64,000 nucleotides of DNA from Balanoglossus misakiensis (Eukaryota > Animalia > Hemichordata): the NCBI GenBank assembly GCA_040954595.2, contig CM082596.2, forward strand, positions 7,828,468 to 7,892,467. The letters are read 5' to 3'. Below, one piece after another: positions 40,201-52,730 of the stretch. Made by a program: the position numbers and the translations under genes. The notes under the pieces were generated by a model that was given only the letters and a program-made list of their open reading frames with translations, ran no database searches and was not told where the DNA came from. Positions within the stretch are counted from its first letter, which is position 1. Every line of letters starts with the position of its first letter.

Positions 40201-43200
40201 GTTTTAATGATATACTCACCTTTTGAATAACTCTGTAATTTCTGGCCGACTTGTCAATGAATTGTAGAAAGCAACAAATTCATCTTCATCCAGAACATAT
40301 TCTCGTTTATGTTTTTTCTTTGATTGAGCTTTCATAGCCTCCTAATTTTTTAACGAAGTGAAAAAGATAATCCTGGGTTATTGGTGTCAGAGCGCCCTCA
40401 ACAGAGCAATATAAACTTTCCTTGATACCCTTACTTTTGATTGGCTGTTTGTGAATGTTCACTGATTGGTCAAAACTTTGTAATTTACATATATTAACAT
40501 ATACAAAAATGACTGAACTTGCACTCATTTTCATAATTCGTGCTCTAACATTTGTATTTGCATATCCAAGAGAATTTAATGCTGAATTAGTTTATTATGA
40601 GTCCTTTACCTGAAAGAGGCTTTTAACCCAAACTTTGTCAACTTTGATGTTCAGCTCCGTCAGTAGATCACAGGCTTCCAGGAAATCCACCGTTTTGTCA
40701 CCATCTTGGTCAGCTTTCTCAAAGTGCTCATGGATAAATGTAAATTTCTTGTCAAGGAAACATGATCAAGTTTTCACCTTTTATCAGATCTTAAGAATCT
40801 TGCACACCAGTTGAGTGATATGTAACTTATGCAAGGCCTGATTGCTCACAATGTTTACGCATAATTCTAAAAATCAGTAACCCTTTCCATATTAGTACCA
40901 GCCAGTACTATTTTAAATCATGATGGATCTACCTGCATACAGAGAAATTGAGTTTAAACCTTTCACCCCCAGTTCCCTCTATAGCGGTCCAAACTTACCA
41001 TAGAAAACAATGGGTTTGGACCAAACCATGATGGTGAAAGGGTTAGTACATTTCTAGCCTTCAGGAAAACATTTGTCTTTGTCTTTAATTCTCTAACTGG
41101 TTATCATTGCAAGTGTTGACACATGTTGATCATGTGATGACAGTACTTTCATTCGTTCACTGACAGCAAGCTTCAATTAAAGAAATGTCAAAATCAATCA
41201 TGCTTGCTTAAAGTTGCAAGCAACTCAGTCCCCATTGTGCGTTTTACGCAGATTAGCTTTTTTGAAAATTCCACGTTCCGACCACTGAGAGCTCCGAGAT
41301 GATTAATATTACAGGTTGATACTGATGACAAAATAACTGCCTTAAAATTACCCAGTACATGGCATACTTAGGGTTCACCTGCACACCTGAGAATTGTCCA
41401 ACACGCGCTGATAATAAAACCTGACATACATGAAATTTCTAGGGATTCACAATTTCACTGTACAAGAGACACTGCTACAGTAGTTAATTTATCATCATAA
41501 TGTTATCTATCATCCCACAAACCGTAAGGGAATACATATATTGAAAGGAATTATCAATTTCTGAGAAGCATAAACTCTTGTACAGCCAGGGCAATTTTGC
41601 TTATTATACTCATGTATGCCATAATTGTCTCTTCATATTTTTCATTATTTCACATAAGAAACATTTATTTTCATTTGCTCTTCTGCAAGTTTTATGCTTA
41701 ATTGGAAATGACGGGATGTTTCAAAATCAATATCATGAAACATTCAAATAAATTTGGAGCCAATTGGCAACATGTAGCCATTACCCCATTTCTCTATATA
41801 CAGTCGGGCCAACAACCCCATTTCTCCATTTTACGGTCAAGTTAATATGGCATTTCATCCCATAAATAAAACCGTTGAGCCTACCTAGCCCATCGTCGTA
41901 AAACCACGACCTGTTTACGGCAACTGCTACGCGCTACCGCCAACAGGCCGTGGTGGATTTGGAAGGTTTTCGTGGATCCCAGCGTCAGTTCCAGCAGCCA
42001 GACAAAGGAACCAATCAGAGAGCCCGTCTCATAAAACTGCATAACTTATTTAAATGACAGTGCAAAATGGCGGATTTAAAGCTGACAGCAGCCGAAGAGC
42101 TCGCGATAAAACGACTACTGATTGGCTAATTCCAATGTCGTTTCTCATGAATAATTCATTAGTCTACGTCCTAAATTCCGGGGTTCCCTACTGTAATCTG
42201 CCAGAGCCCGTTTTTTGCGTAGCTCCGCGGAGCGGAAACACGGTCGGCTCTGGCTTGCGAGAATGACCTAGCCCCTTTTGACCTATTTCTTCATAAAATG
42301 TATACATCGTCGACCTCACCATGCAAGCCACAGGTTGAAAACCCAAGTATTAGCAAGTTCCTGTGCTAACTCATATTCCCATTTCCTGAAACAGGATGTT
42401 GTATGATCATGACTCACTGTCACATTTTAATAGTATCACATAACTCTGACAACTGACACTTTCCATCAGGAAATGAGATCTCTGGAGACTCAATTATCAA
42501 AATTAAAAAAATTACAATAATTAACCATTGCCCATTAGTTATGTTTCACAAAATTAAATCGACTTTGACAGCAACTTTCAGTTTATTTGGTAAATTTCTG
42601 ATGCAGTCATAATAGTCTATTTGCAATATTCTTTGATTATATATTTCCATTGATATAAATGTGAATATTTTTTGTTTGTTTTTTCCATGGCAATAAATTG
42701 GGAGGGTAATTCTCGCAGTTCTTTTTGGATGGTCATTTTGACCTCAATTGGTGCAATTCATTTGCAACAGGCCAGTGAATCGGCTAAATCCAAGGTTGTT
42801 CTTTTGTGTTCACAAGGTCCGTGCACAATGACTTTGTGTCATAAAATTGAATGATTTGCAGTCTCAAGGTAGGGCAGAGGAATTCAGTGTCCTGCAAGTA
42901 TAAAAGGCCGTAGGTTGTAAAATTCTCTTGAGGGTTGCTTGGCAATCTTCAACTTTTACCACAGTGTATTTGATTGTCCCCCTTTCACTTGACTAATTCG
43001 GCACTCCTTGTCCATAGAATGCAACACGGTAGCCTGTGTGCGACATTTTATACCGGAGTAGAATTATTTGACATTAAACTCAAAATCTCATCTGATTACG
43101 TCAGGGATAACTGAACCAAAACTGTTATCTTTCAAGAGGAAAGTGTAGTATAGAGAGGATCATGGGAATAAGGATCACTTTTGTCAATGACACATCTTTT

Positions 43201-46200
43201 AGTTTTACAAGCATAGGCCTTAAAGGGACATTATCTGTATCTTTTGGCTATATTTTCTGTATTTTTGTTCTGCCTACTAAATGCAATTTCTTGTTCTACT
43301 ACAAACAGCATGCTAATATACCCAGTACTCAGCTTGTCAGCATAGCCTGTATGTGTGTTATGGCCACTTTTATTGTTGGACAAATGAATTCTGGTCCGGA
43401 CTAGAAACTTTACACATTGCAATAACAATGCTGACTTTATACACATATAGGTGTACATTGTTAATAAGCCGGATACTGGGCATTTCATCACATTTCAGAA
43501 ATTTGAACAAGAAACTACAGTAGATACACAACAAACACACTGAAAACATAGCGAAAAGTTACAGCTGATGGTCCTTTAACCAACACTCGTTCAAAATTCT
43601 ATAGTCTCAAAAGGATATCTCTTTCTCTTGGAATGGACATCCACAGTCATCAACTGCTTCTTCAAACCTCGGATCCCCTTGACAACCAAGATGGCTGTCT
43701 CAGTGTGGGGCGCCACCAAATCTAACGTGTTGTTGTTTCCCGGAAATATCAGGGACAAACATCGATCCTCCTGCAGCAGTTTCTTGTACTTCTTGAAGGT
43801 GTCTGTCTGTGTTCCCAAGCGTACCTCTTTGATGTTTTTCACAAAGACTGCAATAAAAAAATAAATATTTAGCATCTTCACGTATCTGTCACAAACATAT
43901 TCAAACCACTGTTAGTGGCCATCTCTATATAGTGGGAAAATTGTCAGCAGTGCATGGCCACTTTGTTACAGTCTCTGTGCAATAATTGACCTGTCTATAA
44001 AGACCACCTGTCTATAAAGGCCAGTTTAGGATTGTCCCTTGACTGGCTGCTATAGACAGGTTCACCCGTAGCTCTTTATGGAAAAAATTATATTGAGAAT
44101 TTATTCTGTGTCAGAGAAGTACCGTATCTCAGGGTTATGTGTGCAACAGCCGAAGTGTTAACAAGTCAAGTTTTGGTGGTGACCTTCGGGACTGGGGAAC
44201 ATGTATGTCATGCATCAGTGGGTCGCGGTTTTGGCCGAGTTGTGGGGTCTGGGGTTAATATTGTTCCCACTGTTGTGATCTACACATATGAATGTGTGAA
44301 GCCTTGCAGTCATGGTTGAGCGTGCAACTGGACCAGTGCACAATGAAAACCCTTTAAGTTAAGGAGAGGTCCAATGATTGACATTTTCATGAAAGACACT
44401 GTAGCAGGTTTTGTCCTCGCGAGTTCACAACCTCTACAGACTTAACCATTTCATGGAGCTATCCAGAGTATACTAACGAGAAACCACAGCTGATACACGG
44501 GAGAAGAATACTGAATAAATAGCCAGTTAAAGGGACAAAGTGTCTCTCTCGCTGCCCTTTTTACATTAATTATGTTTGATAAAAGATATTGGTATGTTAT
44601 TCTACATGTGGATATATAGTGAATCAACGTTCGACCACAGACAACTTCCATCACGTTTGTAGGATATGAGAGTCAAAATCTCACCAAAGTGAATAAACAG
44701 TAGAGAACAATTATTCATTTTGACGAGTTTTTTCACTCTCCTGCCTACAAGCGGGATTGAATGTGTGTGTGGTCGAACGTTGATTCACTATATATCCACA
44801 TGTAGAATAACAAAAACGGTGTCTTCTATCAAACACAGTTAATATAAAAAGGGCAGGGAGAGAGAGACTTTGTCCCTTTAAGAGTTACTGTGACTTCAAC
44901 ATTGTACTCACATCTGTTCTTATCTTTGGATTTTCTTGATGGCGTCCATTCCACGAAGGCCAAATCATCCTCCAATTTGAACGTCCTCTCAAACAGTTTA
45001 CGTCCCCTGATTTTGGTCAGTTTCACACCCTTCTGTAGTTTGGCAACAACCTTGTCTGTATTTGATGAAGAGGGAAGAAGAAAAAAATATTGTTAGGCTG
45101 AGAAACTGTGACTTCTGATTATTTTCAAACAAGCTGTGTTTACAAGCAGAACAGTGGGTATTTGAGAATTCTAAGAAGAGTAGAATAATTACTGTACAGA
45201 ACAGAAATACAGACAGAAATCCCAAAGGTACAGCTACATGTAATATACCGTTAAAAGTATAATCCGTGAAAAGTTTCTCCAAGTTGCTCGATCACTGAAA
45301 TGTACAACAACACAATGTTGTTGATTTCACAAAGGCCCCCAGGTACATGCATCATGAATGTACTAAAAGCCACACTTTTGTGTGACTTCCATTAGCTTGG
45401 GGAGGGGTTCACTTTAAAGTCATAAGCCAAAAGGCTAACGGCGAGACTGAAAGTCGTGATGTTTTAGTTTATGGGTTTAATTATGTGGCGGCCTGTATAG
45501 CACGTCTGGATTTTTGAACTGATGTCTGCAATGGTATGTGATTGTATGTAGAACGTTCCCCTGGCCCTAGGTCCAGTGCATGCATTATTCTTCCAAGTTT
45601 GGTCTAACATGCTAATGAGAACTTATCTTGCACTGAGATCCAATTCTAGTGCTTGTCTATGGTAGAAATATCCGAACGGCTGCAGTGGGGATATGTCCCC
45701 CTTTCCCAGAACTTTTGAGGGGGATTCCACCCTGGCAAGGGGGGACTGTAATATCTTCAACATGTGAGTGACATCATTTCAAGGGGCACTGATCCCCCCT
45801 TGACAAATTGCTAGGGGGTGCCAACATGTCAATAGGGCATGAATCCCCCCATCCCCCCCATCTAGAAGAAACACAGGGCTGTATCAAAAATCAAGCAGTG
45901 TCATAGTGTTTCTGTAATTAATATGTATTTGATAAAGCATCTCTTTGTGTGCCTTTTAAATGACAATACCACAGTTTTCACGAAATTCTGCATCTACGCT
46001 GTGGAATGTGATAACCACATGCTACCTTCAGGTGGGTCCCTATTACTTCAGCCTATTCAAAATTATAAACAGGGACACACTCTAGGTCACACCTGAGTTT
46101 AACCATAGTTTAACTAGTTCGTCCTTTGTTGGAAGGGACGCTCAGGGTTGGTCTAGCTGCCTGAGATGGTCAAAGGTCATAACTGGGTTGATATGTACTT

Positions 46201-49200
46201 GAAGCTGATCATGAGTGCATGTTGACTCTAAGCTTTAATTGTATTAAGATTGGAATAAGCACCCACATTTATGTTGCCAAGGCGATGAATGTGAAATACT
46301 TAGGCAGGTCAGATTTTTCACATTTTTGTCAGTCGGTTGGCAGCTGAACTTAGTTTCTTATTTTTTCACATTAAATAATTAATCAGATCTACCTCATATT
46401 AAACGATCAGCTTGTCTTTGTAATTTGCACAATATCCACAGCTCACAACTGAACTGTATATTCTGGGTTTAATAGCGTGATTAGATTATAAATGCAGTAA
46501 CTTCAGATAAAACTCAAAATTGGTTATCAATTAAAGCAATCTGATAAGGATACGGTGAGTCACCCTGCTGACGCTGTTTGATGATTTAAGTTTTAACCCA
46601 CATCCCATCCACACCTTTAAATAACATGTCAAAACGGCCCCATCATATACATCAGTCAAACTTTTTTTTACATCAATATTACCTGTAAGATTGTTTGCCA
46701 TTTACTGGACATTAGAGTAAACTTTCCTGACCACAAATACGTTCATTATGGAGGACCTTGGAGTAGAATTAACCTTAATTGCTGAGTATGTTATCCACAT
46801 TAAATAAAGTTTAATGATAATTATAATAATAAACAAATCAGAAAACTTGTAAACAGAAAAAGGAACACTAGATAATTGCAAGATGAGCAACAACTCAAAC
46901 ATCCTTTGACAATGCCAGTATATTAATATTGATAATGATAATTGACTTATCTCCTTAACAATTATTTTTTGTATATTTAATGGGTGGTATGTTGAAAATT
47001 CCTCATTTCCGATGAAATCTCCCAGCAACAGGTTGTTACCTGTGGAAAGAGACCCACTGTCACCATAGTAACAGTTGGCACGGGGACCTTTCTAAGATAA
47101 AAGCATGACAGCAGTCTGATGTAGTGAAACGTTTTGTTTACAAAAATATCTGAATATGCCAGTGTCCTCAGTAACACAATTTTTAGCAAACAGGTTATTT
47201 GTTTCTGTATTTGTATAACAGATATTTCGTTTAACTGGCAAACCTGATTAACCTAAAGCTTATTTAAAATTAACATAATATTTTCTATTAACATGCATAT
47301 TTTCTATTTTATTTCAAATTCAGAAGAAATTCATAAGTTGAGGTGCTTCCCAATGGGGACCACAACTGTCACTGTCTGTGCTTTGCTTTGAATAATTAAG
47401 ATCACATTTTTGACATAAAAATACGAGTTTTAATCTCACATCTAAACATAAATTCCTGATCCTAAAAATTCTAAATCAGAGCCATACACCTCTTTGTGGA
47501 AATTCAGATCACTAATCAAATAATGTAAACACTGAAATAGTCCAGCAACAAAAACTGGAAGTTTTGTCCTCAAAACAGTAGCCTCACACTAAGCAATCGC
47601 CAAGCCATGCAGATTGGACGGTGGGTCCAAGCACTCAAAATTCCAGGACTTTTAAGTAGTTCGTCAAAAATGTCATAATGTCAAGTGATTGCGTATGTAC
47701 TTTACAGAAAATACCACGATACCAACCAGACTCGTAAGAAGACATGACCCCATATTTATGTCATTTTGGACTGATTTTATTAGGTAGTTTTACTGTGGTG
47801 CGTATGGATTCAAATTTCCTGCACCATGTTTGGTCAACACAGCCTGTGTACTGCATTGTGTAATACTGACCACGGAGTAGTGTTTTTAACAACATTGTTG
47901 AAAAGCCACGCGTCAACACAGCTGTGAACGACAGCAATGTTGACTATCCACACATGTGCTGTACATGTATATTGAAGCTAGAAATAACAGACATTTTATC
48001 TTGTTTTAGGGACTAAAATTAGAAACTGTTAAATTAATTACTGGGTAATATTGTCTGCATATTCCCTATAAATCCCGAGACAGGCTAATATTAAATGGGA
48101 CATAAATACATGATGCACATGCGTGGCCAAATGAAATACACATAATATTTGTAACAACATGTATCAAAGGAAATTGATCTGCCAGTGGCAATACATGTCA
48201 AATGTTTTTGCAACAGCATCGCTTCAGGTCATTGGTTCAGTCATTTCAAGTCATTGACCTGCCCAGGTCATCACTGCTAAAAGCTAACCCCAGAACATTT
48301 TGCTTTAAACAGGTATAATTGATCTCATACAGACAGTGATGCTAATTACTGTAATGTCAACATGACATGACATATTCATAAATCAAGACCCCTTTACTGT
48401 TTCAAAAACCAAGTCAAGTTGTAAATTGGTGATAACAGAATATTGCTGCTATAAATCAATAAGCCACTGCATTTATCAAATATCCATTTGTTATTCTAAT
48501 TAAGGCCCCATTGTCTCATATTTACATTGCATGAGTGCATCCTGTTAATTTCATTTTTTTATGAAATACTGCATAGCACAGTTTGGGTACGGGCAGATGA
48601 TTGACACAAAACTAATAAAATAATTCTCGCTTACAATATTTCTTTCGCTGATAAAATAGCTTGTCATGGATCAAAGTGTTTGATGTCTGTCCAGTTGCTT
48701 ATATTAAATTCACTGTCGTACAAATAAGAAGCTATATGTGACTTGCTTTCTTTTTGAGACTTGTTTCTTGAAATGGATTCAGGGGATTTTTTTCAGATCT
48801 GTGGGAGTCATTGTAAGAGTGATACATGATTGCGTTGTTTTTATTTTTTGTATCAGCTGCTAATTTTTGAGTTACTAAACCAACCATGTCGAAATACTCG
48901 ATATATAGGCTTGTCAACAAAGCCTGTACATGACTGTGTACATATCACTTGATACATGTAATTGTAACAACATGAGCAATACATGCAGCCTAGGTTAAAG
49001 TGTTGACACACAAAATATTGGGTTTCAACCTCAGACTCTCTTTACTGCCTTTCTGACTGGCCACTGAGCTCATCCAATCTTGACCAGGCAAGCAGCCAGC
49101 AGCTGGTTAGTTTCACAACATGTTGCAATTATACTGGCGGAGTGCTTTGCTAGCGGATGACATCATTGTACGACAGAAAACCAAACCAGAGTAGAAAACC

Positions 49201-51611
49201 TAAGGGGCTGTGACTATTTGAGAGTTTTACTGTATGCTTATGAGAAGAAACTGCAGTTTAAAATTTATGAAGCAATTTTCTAAAGATTGTTTCTTAATTT
49301 TTACACAAAATTATTTTCTTGAAACACTGTAAATTTAAAATGTGTATGCCATTCTATAGAATTGTACCCAGAGTTAATGCTATTATTATTCATCCAAATA
49401 TTGTTTGCATTCATCAGTACGACTATGTAAATATTACATAACATGGTATTTTCAACATTTTATCCTAGGTTATCTTTTGTCTTTGCTGGTAGGGCGGGGT
49501 CGATATGAACATGAAAGGGCCATAGTTTGACTCCAGTCCAGTGTGCCCTGTAAGTCAATACGATGCACCACTGACTCAACAAACTCACGGGTGACCCAAG
49601 AAAATTGTCCAGTCTCGTATTGACTCAAAGCTTTTAAAAAGTATGTTTGTAACTTGTTAGAGGATACACTGCTCCAGTCAAAGTAATGTAATTATGCAGT
49701 CATGCAAGACATCATAACTATTTTTCTATTTCTTGGTTTTGTTCCACAATCTATCACAATTCGCAGACGACAGTAAATTTGACAAGCCTTCAGGCTGCAA
49801 GACCACAGGTGCAGGGGAAGAGACATACTGTATTAACTCACCCAGTTCCATTGACCTTTTCAGAGACATTCATTTTGCAGAGAAGTGGGTGTTTTCTATC
49901 TAAGTTATCATTTGTTTGCCTGATGCTGATAGCAAGTGACACCTGTTTCAGAATGTAATGAACTTGAATTGATAGAGCTCTTTGTAATGTGTTTATTAGA
50001 TTCAGGGAGTCAGTCAAGGAATCGTGCACACATATACAGTGTATGATTTCATATCATTAGCGTGTTTAAACATTTCACCCCCAGTTCCCTCTTTAGAGTT
50101 CCAACCTTACCATAGAAAACAACAGGTTTGGACTGAACCATTGTGGTCAAAAGGTTAAACATACTCTGGACTAATGCCAACTTATCAAGAGTCTGGTGTT
50201 CTGAGAATAGCAGCAAGGTACACGGTTGCTAGAAACTCGTCCCAGCCAATGGTACCGAGTATGTACTCCATCACCGTAGTTTTACATAAATTGACTGGTT
50301 TCCATGGCAATACAGGGCAAACAGGTTAAACCACAAACCTACAAACCAAAGGCCAATTATATTCTGCCTGGACTGTTCACTGATTTACAGGCCTTTGAAA
50401 CCTTTGATCAGATCATGGTGTATGGTGGAACCTTGACCAAAGTGGGGGAAAAAAAGAAGTTTTCTGTTTAATGTCCTCCACTATCCACCAAAATTCAAGG
50501 ACCTTTCAGGATTTTTCCCAGGGATTTGTAGGGAGTACTGATAGTCAAAAATGCTAATGGCAGTGTAACTAGTGAAAAGTTGCCTGTGATGGGCGAGTTC
50601 GTGAGATTGTCGATGAAGGAAACCTCGGCAAGAATTGATAGCTGCAGGTTTTTTTCTAGGATAGCCTTCACAAGCAAATAATTAACTGGCCTAATTGAGG
50701 ATAATAGTTCAATGCCAATTATCGGAATAATGTGCATACTTAATTACTTCCTGAAGTGCCAAAGAATACAATGGTCAGTTGTAAATGTAGGATTTCACGT
50801 AATTCTACGATCATCAGTTCATCACTACAATCCAACTTAGCAACCAAACACATTACATATTAATATATTATCATGCAAGGGATCTTAGGCTTAGACCTTG
50901 CTGAGAACCCTGAGACTCTGAACACTATCTGATGAATGGGCACTCGTGACCCACCGTGACCGTGAGATGCGTCTGAGCCGTGTCAACAGAGAAATACCCG
51001 TGGCCCCTCTATCAATTGTTGAAATCAATATACACGGTAATGTACCATTGCCAGCGTAGTACCTCAGTGTGTAAACAATTTCATCGACTGGGCGTAGCGA
51101 CGTTAATAGGGTTTTCTAATCATGCTAATTAAATACAAGCAGTTGTTATTAACGGTAGATCTGCATCGCTTACGTCTCCAAGCGTGCGGTGTGTTGATTT
51201 CAGAAACTTACAACTGTTTGCTTTCAGACACAAATATGAACACATGTCGTGACGCGCTTTTTGATATTTTAGGAAATCGGAAAAAAATTGGTAAAGAATA
51301 TTTAGTAGGTTTGAGAGACACGCTGATCGTCTGATTTTCCTTATCACTTTGCACCAGCTCAGGGCCGGTGATGATGCCAGGCGAAACTCGCATCCTTCGA
51401 TCGAAACCGTTCAACGTACGATCCACCACGTTACTCGATCGACTGTTGTTCAACCACACAACTCAACGCAGCTCCCAATATTAAACCACATGCGATCTTC
51501 GCGTCACAACATTGCAAAGTTGCTAATATACTAGCATTGAAACAATCGCTCACCTTTCTCGGACGTCGGTTGATCGTCAGACCTCCCCGCTTTTCCGGAA
51601 CTACTGGCCAT
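28300..51611 (-). CDS. PLC-B: phosphoinositide phospholipase C delta-type paralog, complete, about 775 aa (758 without the 51-nt linker exon)
   Basis: Exons 5'->3': 51554-51611 ([19 protein letters not shown]), 44912-45055, 43619-43847, 40610-40739, 40220-40341, 38942-39014, 38557-38650, 37993-38110, 37532-37617, 36712-36832, 36397-36482, 35528-35610, 35106-35222, 33979-34029 (candidate), 31342-31435, 30908-31087, 30394-30501, 30109-30170, 29420-29543, 28805-28954, 28300-28397 (TGA). Intron positions and phases match PLC-A. Catalytic motifs [38 protein letters not shown] and [16 protein letters not shown] are intact. The first exon is inferred from phase, a strong donor and an upstream TATA. 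Confidence 0.94.
28539..28692. mobile_element. Kolobok-like MITE family D
   Basis: TIR AGCCTCTATAGCT / AGCTCTAGAGGCT followed by TTAA; related ends near 13565 and 56142-56157. Confidence 0.55.
32608..32761. mobile_element. Academ-like MITE with 9-bp target site duplication
   Basis: Perfect 18-bp TIR TAGACTCTCTCACAGCCC / GGGCTGTGAGAGAGTCTA flanked by the direct repeat GTACTGCAC (32599-32607 and 32762-32770). Confidence 0.8.
32904..33090. mobile_element. Kolobok-like MITE family A
   Basis: TTAA-AGGTATACGGTCACCT ... AGGTGACTGTATACCT-TTAA; internal sequence closely similar to 391-567. Confidence 0.75.
35325..35419. mobile_element. piggyBac-like mini-MITE of about 90 bp (representative copy)
   Basis: TTAA-CCCTTTCACC ... 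GGTGAAAGGG-TTAA. Further copies near 10045, 11209, 15301, 15826, 18196, 30605, 38794, 40954, 50066, 62776 and 63900, in both orientations. Confidence 0.8.
35611..36396 (-). other. U12-type GT-AG intron of PLC-B
   Basis: 5' site GTATCCTTG at 36396; branch TCCTTAAC (35629-35622) about 12 nt before the CAG acceptor; no polypyrimidine tract. Confidence 0.9.
37090..37272. mobile_element. Tigger/pogo-like MITE
   Basis: TA-CAGTAAAACCT ... AGGTTTTACTG with internal (A)GACAGG repeats; related elements near 16644-16848 and 43901-44068. Confidence 0.65.
38252..38445. mobile_element. TA-flanked MITE, same family as 2241-2429
   Basis: TA-CTGTAAAACGGG ... CCCGTTTTACAG-TA; shared internal TAACAGTTGCCTCTT and GATATCGCGAAAAT. 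Confidence 0.8.
40740..43618 (-). other. U12-type AT-AC intron of PLC-B
   Basis: 5' site ATATCCTTTT at 43618; branch TTTCCTTGAC (40760-40751); 3' end TAC| at 40740; frame continues KR|[10 protein letters not shown]. Confidence 0.92.
41891..42265. mobile_element. GC-rich non-autonomous DNA element with CAT...ATG ends and 8-bp TSD
   Basis: Flanking direct repeat ACCTAGCC (41883-41890 and 42266-42273); imperfect TIRs CATCGTCGTAA versus CATTCTCGCAA; CpG-rich relative to the surrounding intron. Confidence 0.6.
44531..44877. mobile_element. Kolobok-like palindromic MITE family B
   Basis: TTAA-AGGGACAAAG ... CTTTGTCCCT-TTAA with long arms (ACATGTGGATATATAGTGAATCAACGTTCGACCAC and its complement). 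Confidence 0.8.
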
Positions 51612-52360
51612 CTCGGAGTGGTCAGTGTCAACAAAACTCTGCTGCAGACGAAAATGTGATGAGGGTTAAAAAGTGGGATCCACTGACTTATATATAATCG
51701 ACGCGCCTGGCCTTCCTTCGCGTCTCTGATCCAAGTGACTGAATTTGGCGTCCGTGTCCCAGTTTTACCGTGTCATATATTCCTAAAACCAGGGCAGCGA
51801 TTTCGCGTCAATGGTATTTGGCGAGGGTTGGGCCAGAAGAGTCCGGGTTAGCATAGCAGACGCCTTCGTATCATCCTTTCTGGTATGTTTACATAGGAAA
51901 CCAAGCGAGAACCCCCAGCCTACTCAATATTCTTTATCGACAAGGCGCACGATGCTTTATCGTGTTTATGCACGCAGTTTACTCGAGTTTTTTTTCAAAG
52001 GAGCTAAATCAGAAACTCTTGACATTATACTGGTCATTTTAATTTCTTTTCGTACATTCCATGTTGTTCTGCTTCAATGACCGTTATTACTACTCGTCTC
52101 ACACGTCATCCCGTACATAAGTAAAATTTAAAAAAAATACAAAAAAATTCTATGATTGCGATAATATTGTGAGTGGATTTAATTCCTTCAGCTGTTTCAG
52201 TGAGCGAAACAACGTAAATAATCGATTATAAGAACATGTAATAACCCAATTAATATCATTGTAACGATTGCCGTCCATTTCGCGTTGGTTTCTACATAGG
52301 ATATGTTACGTTGGCGTTGAAACATGACATGTGGAATCGACCTTGGAATTGGGCGGGGTT
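51612..52360 (-). promoter_or_regulatory. Probable PLC-B promoter (TATA box, CpG-rich)
   Basis: TATATATAAG on the - strand near 51687-51696, about 80 nt upstream of the ATG; locally high CpG density; GC box GGGCGGGG at 52351. Confidence 0.55.
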
Positions 52361-52586
52361 GTTTCTTTCTCGGAAATCCGGGTTATTTTCGTGACTTTAG
52401 GAGGAATAATTGGGAATCATTCATGAACATTTGGTAGAGATGTAAAATACTTCTTGTCGCCAATCTATAGGAGCATATAAACACTGAAAGACGAAAACTA
52501 GATAATGCATCAGTCTGCACATATTTCTTGTATAAAATGTAGAAAAGTATATTTTTCACTTTTTTATTGACGTTTTTCTTTACTTG

Positions 52587-52649
52587 CTCTCTGTCTGTCT
52601 GTCTGTCTGTCTGTCTCCCTCTATCACCCACGAGAATATTCTCCAGAAC

Positions 52650-52728
<79 letters not shown>
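52587..52728. repeat. (TCTG)n and (TC)n microsatellites
   Basis: Direct reading; (TC)n is about 52653-52726. Confidence 0.95.
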
Positions 52729-52730
<2 letters not shown>

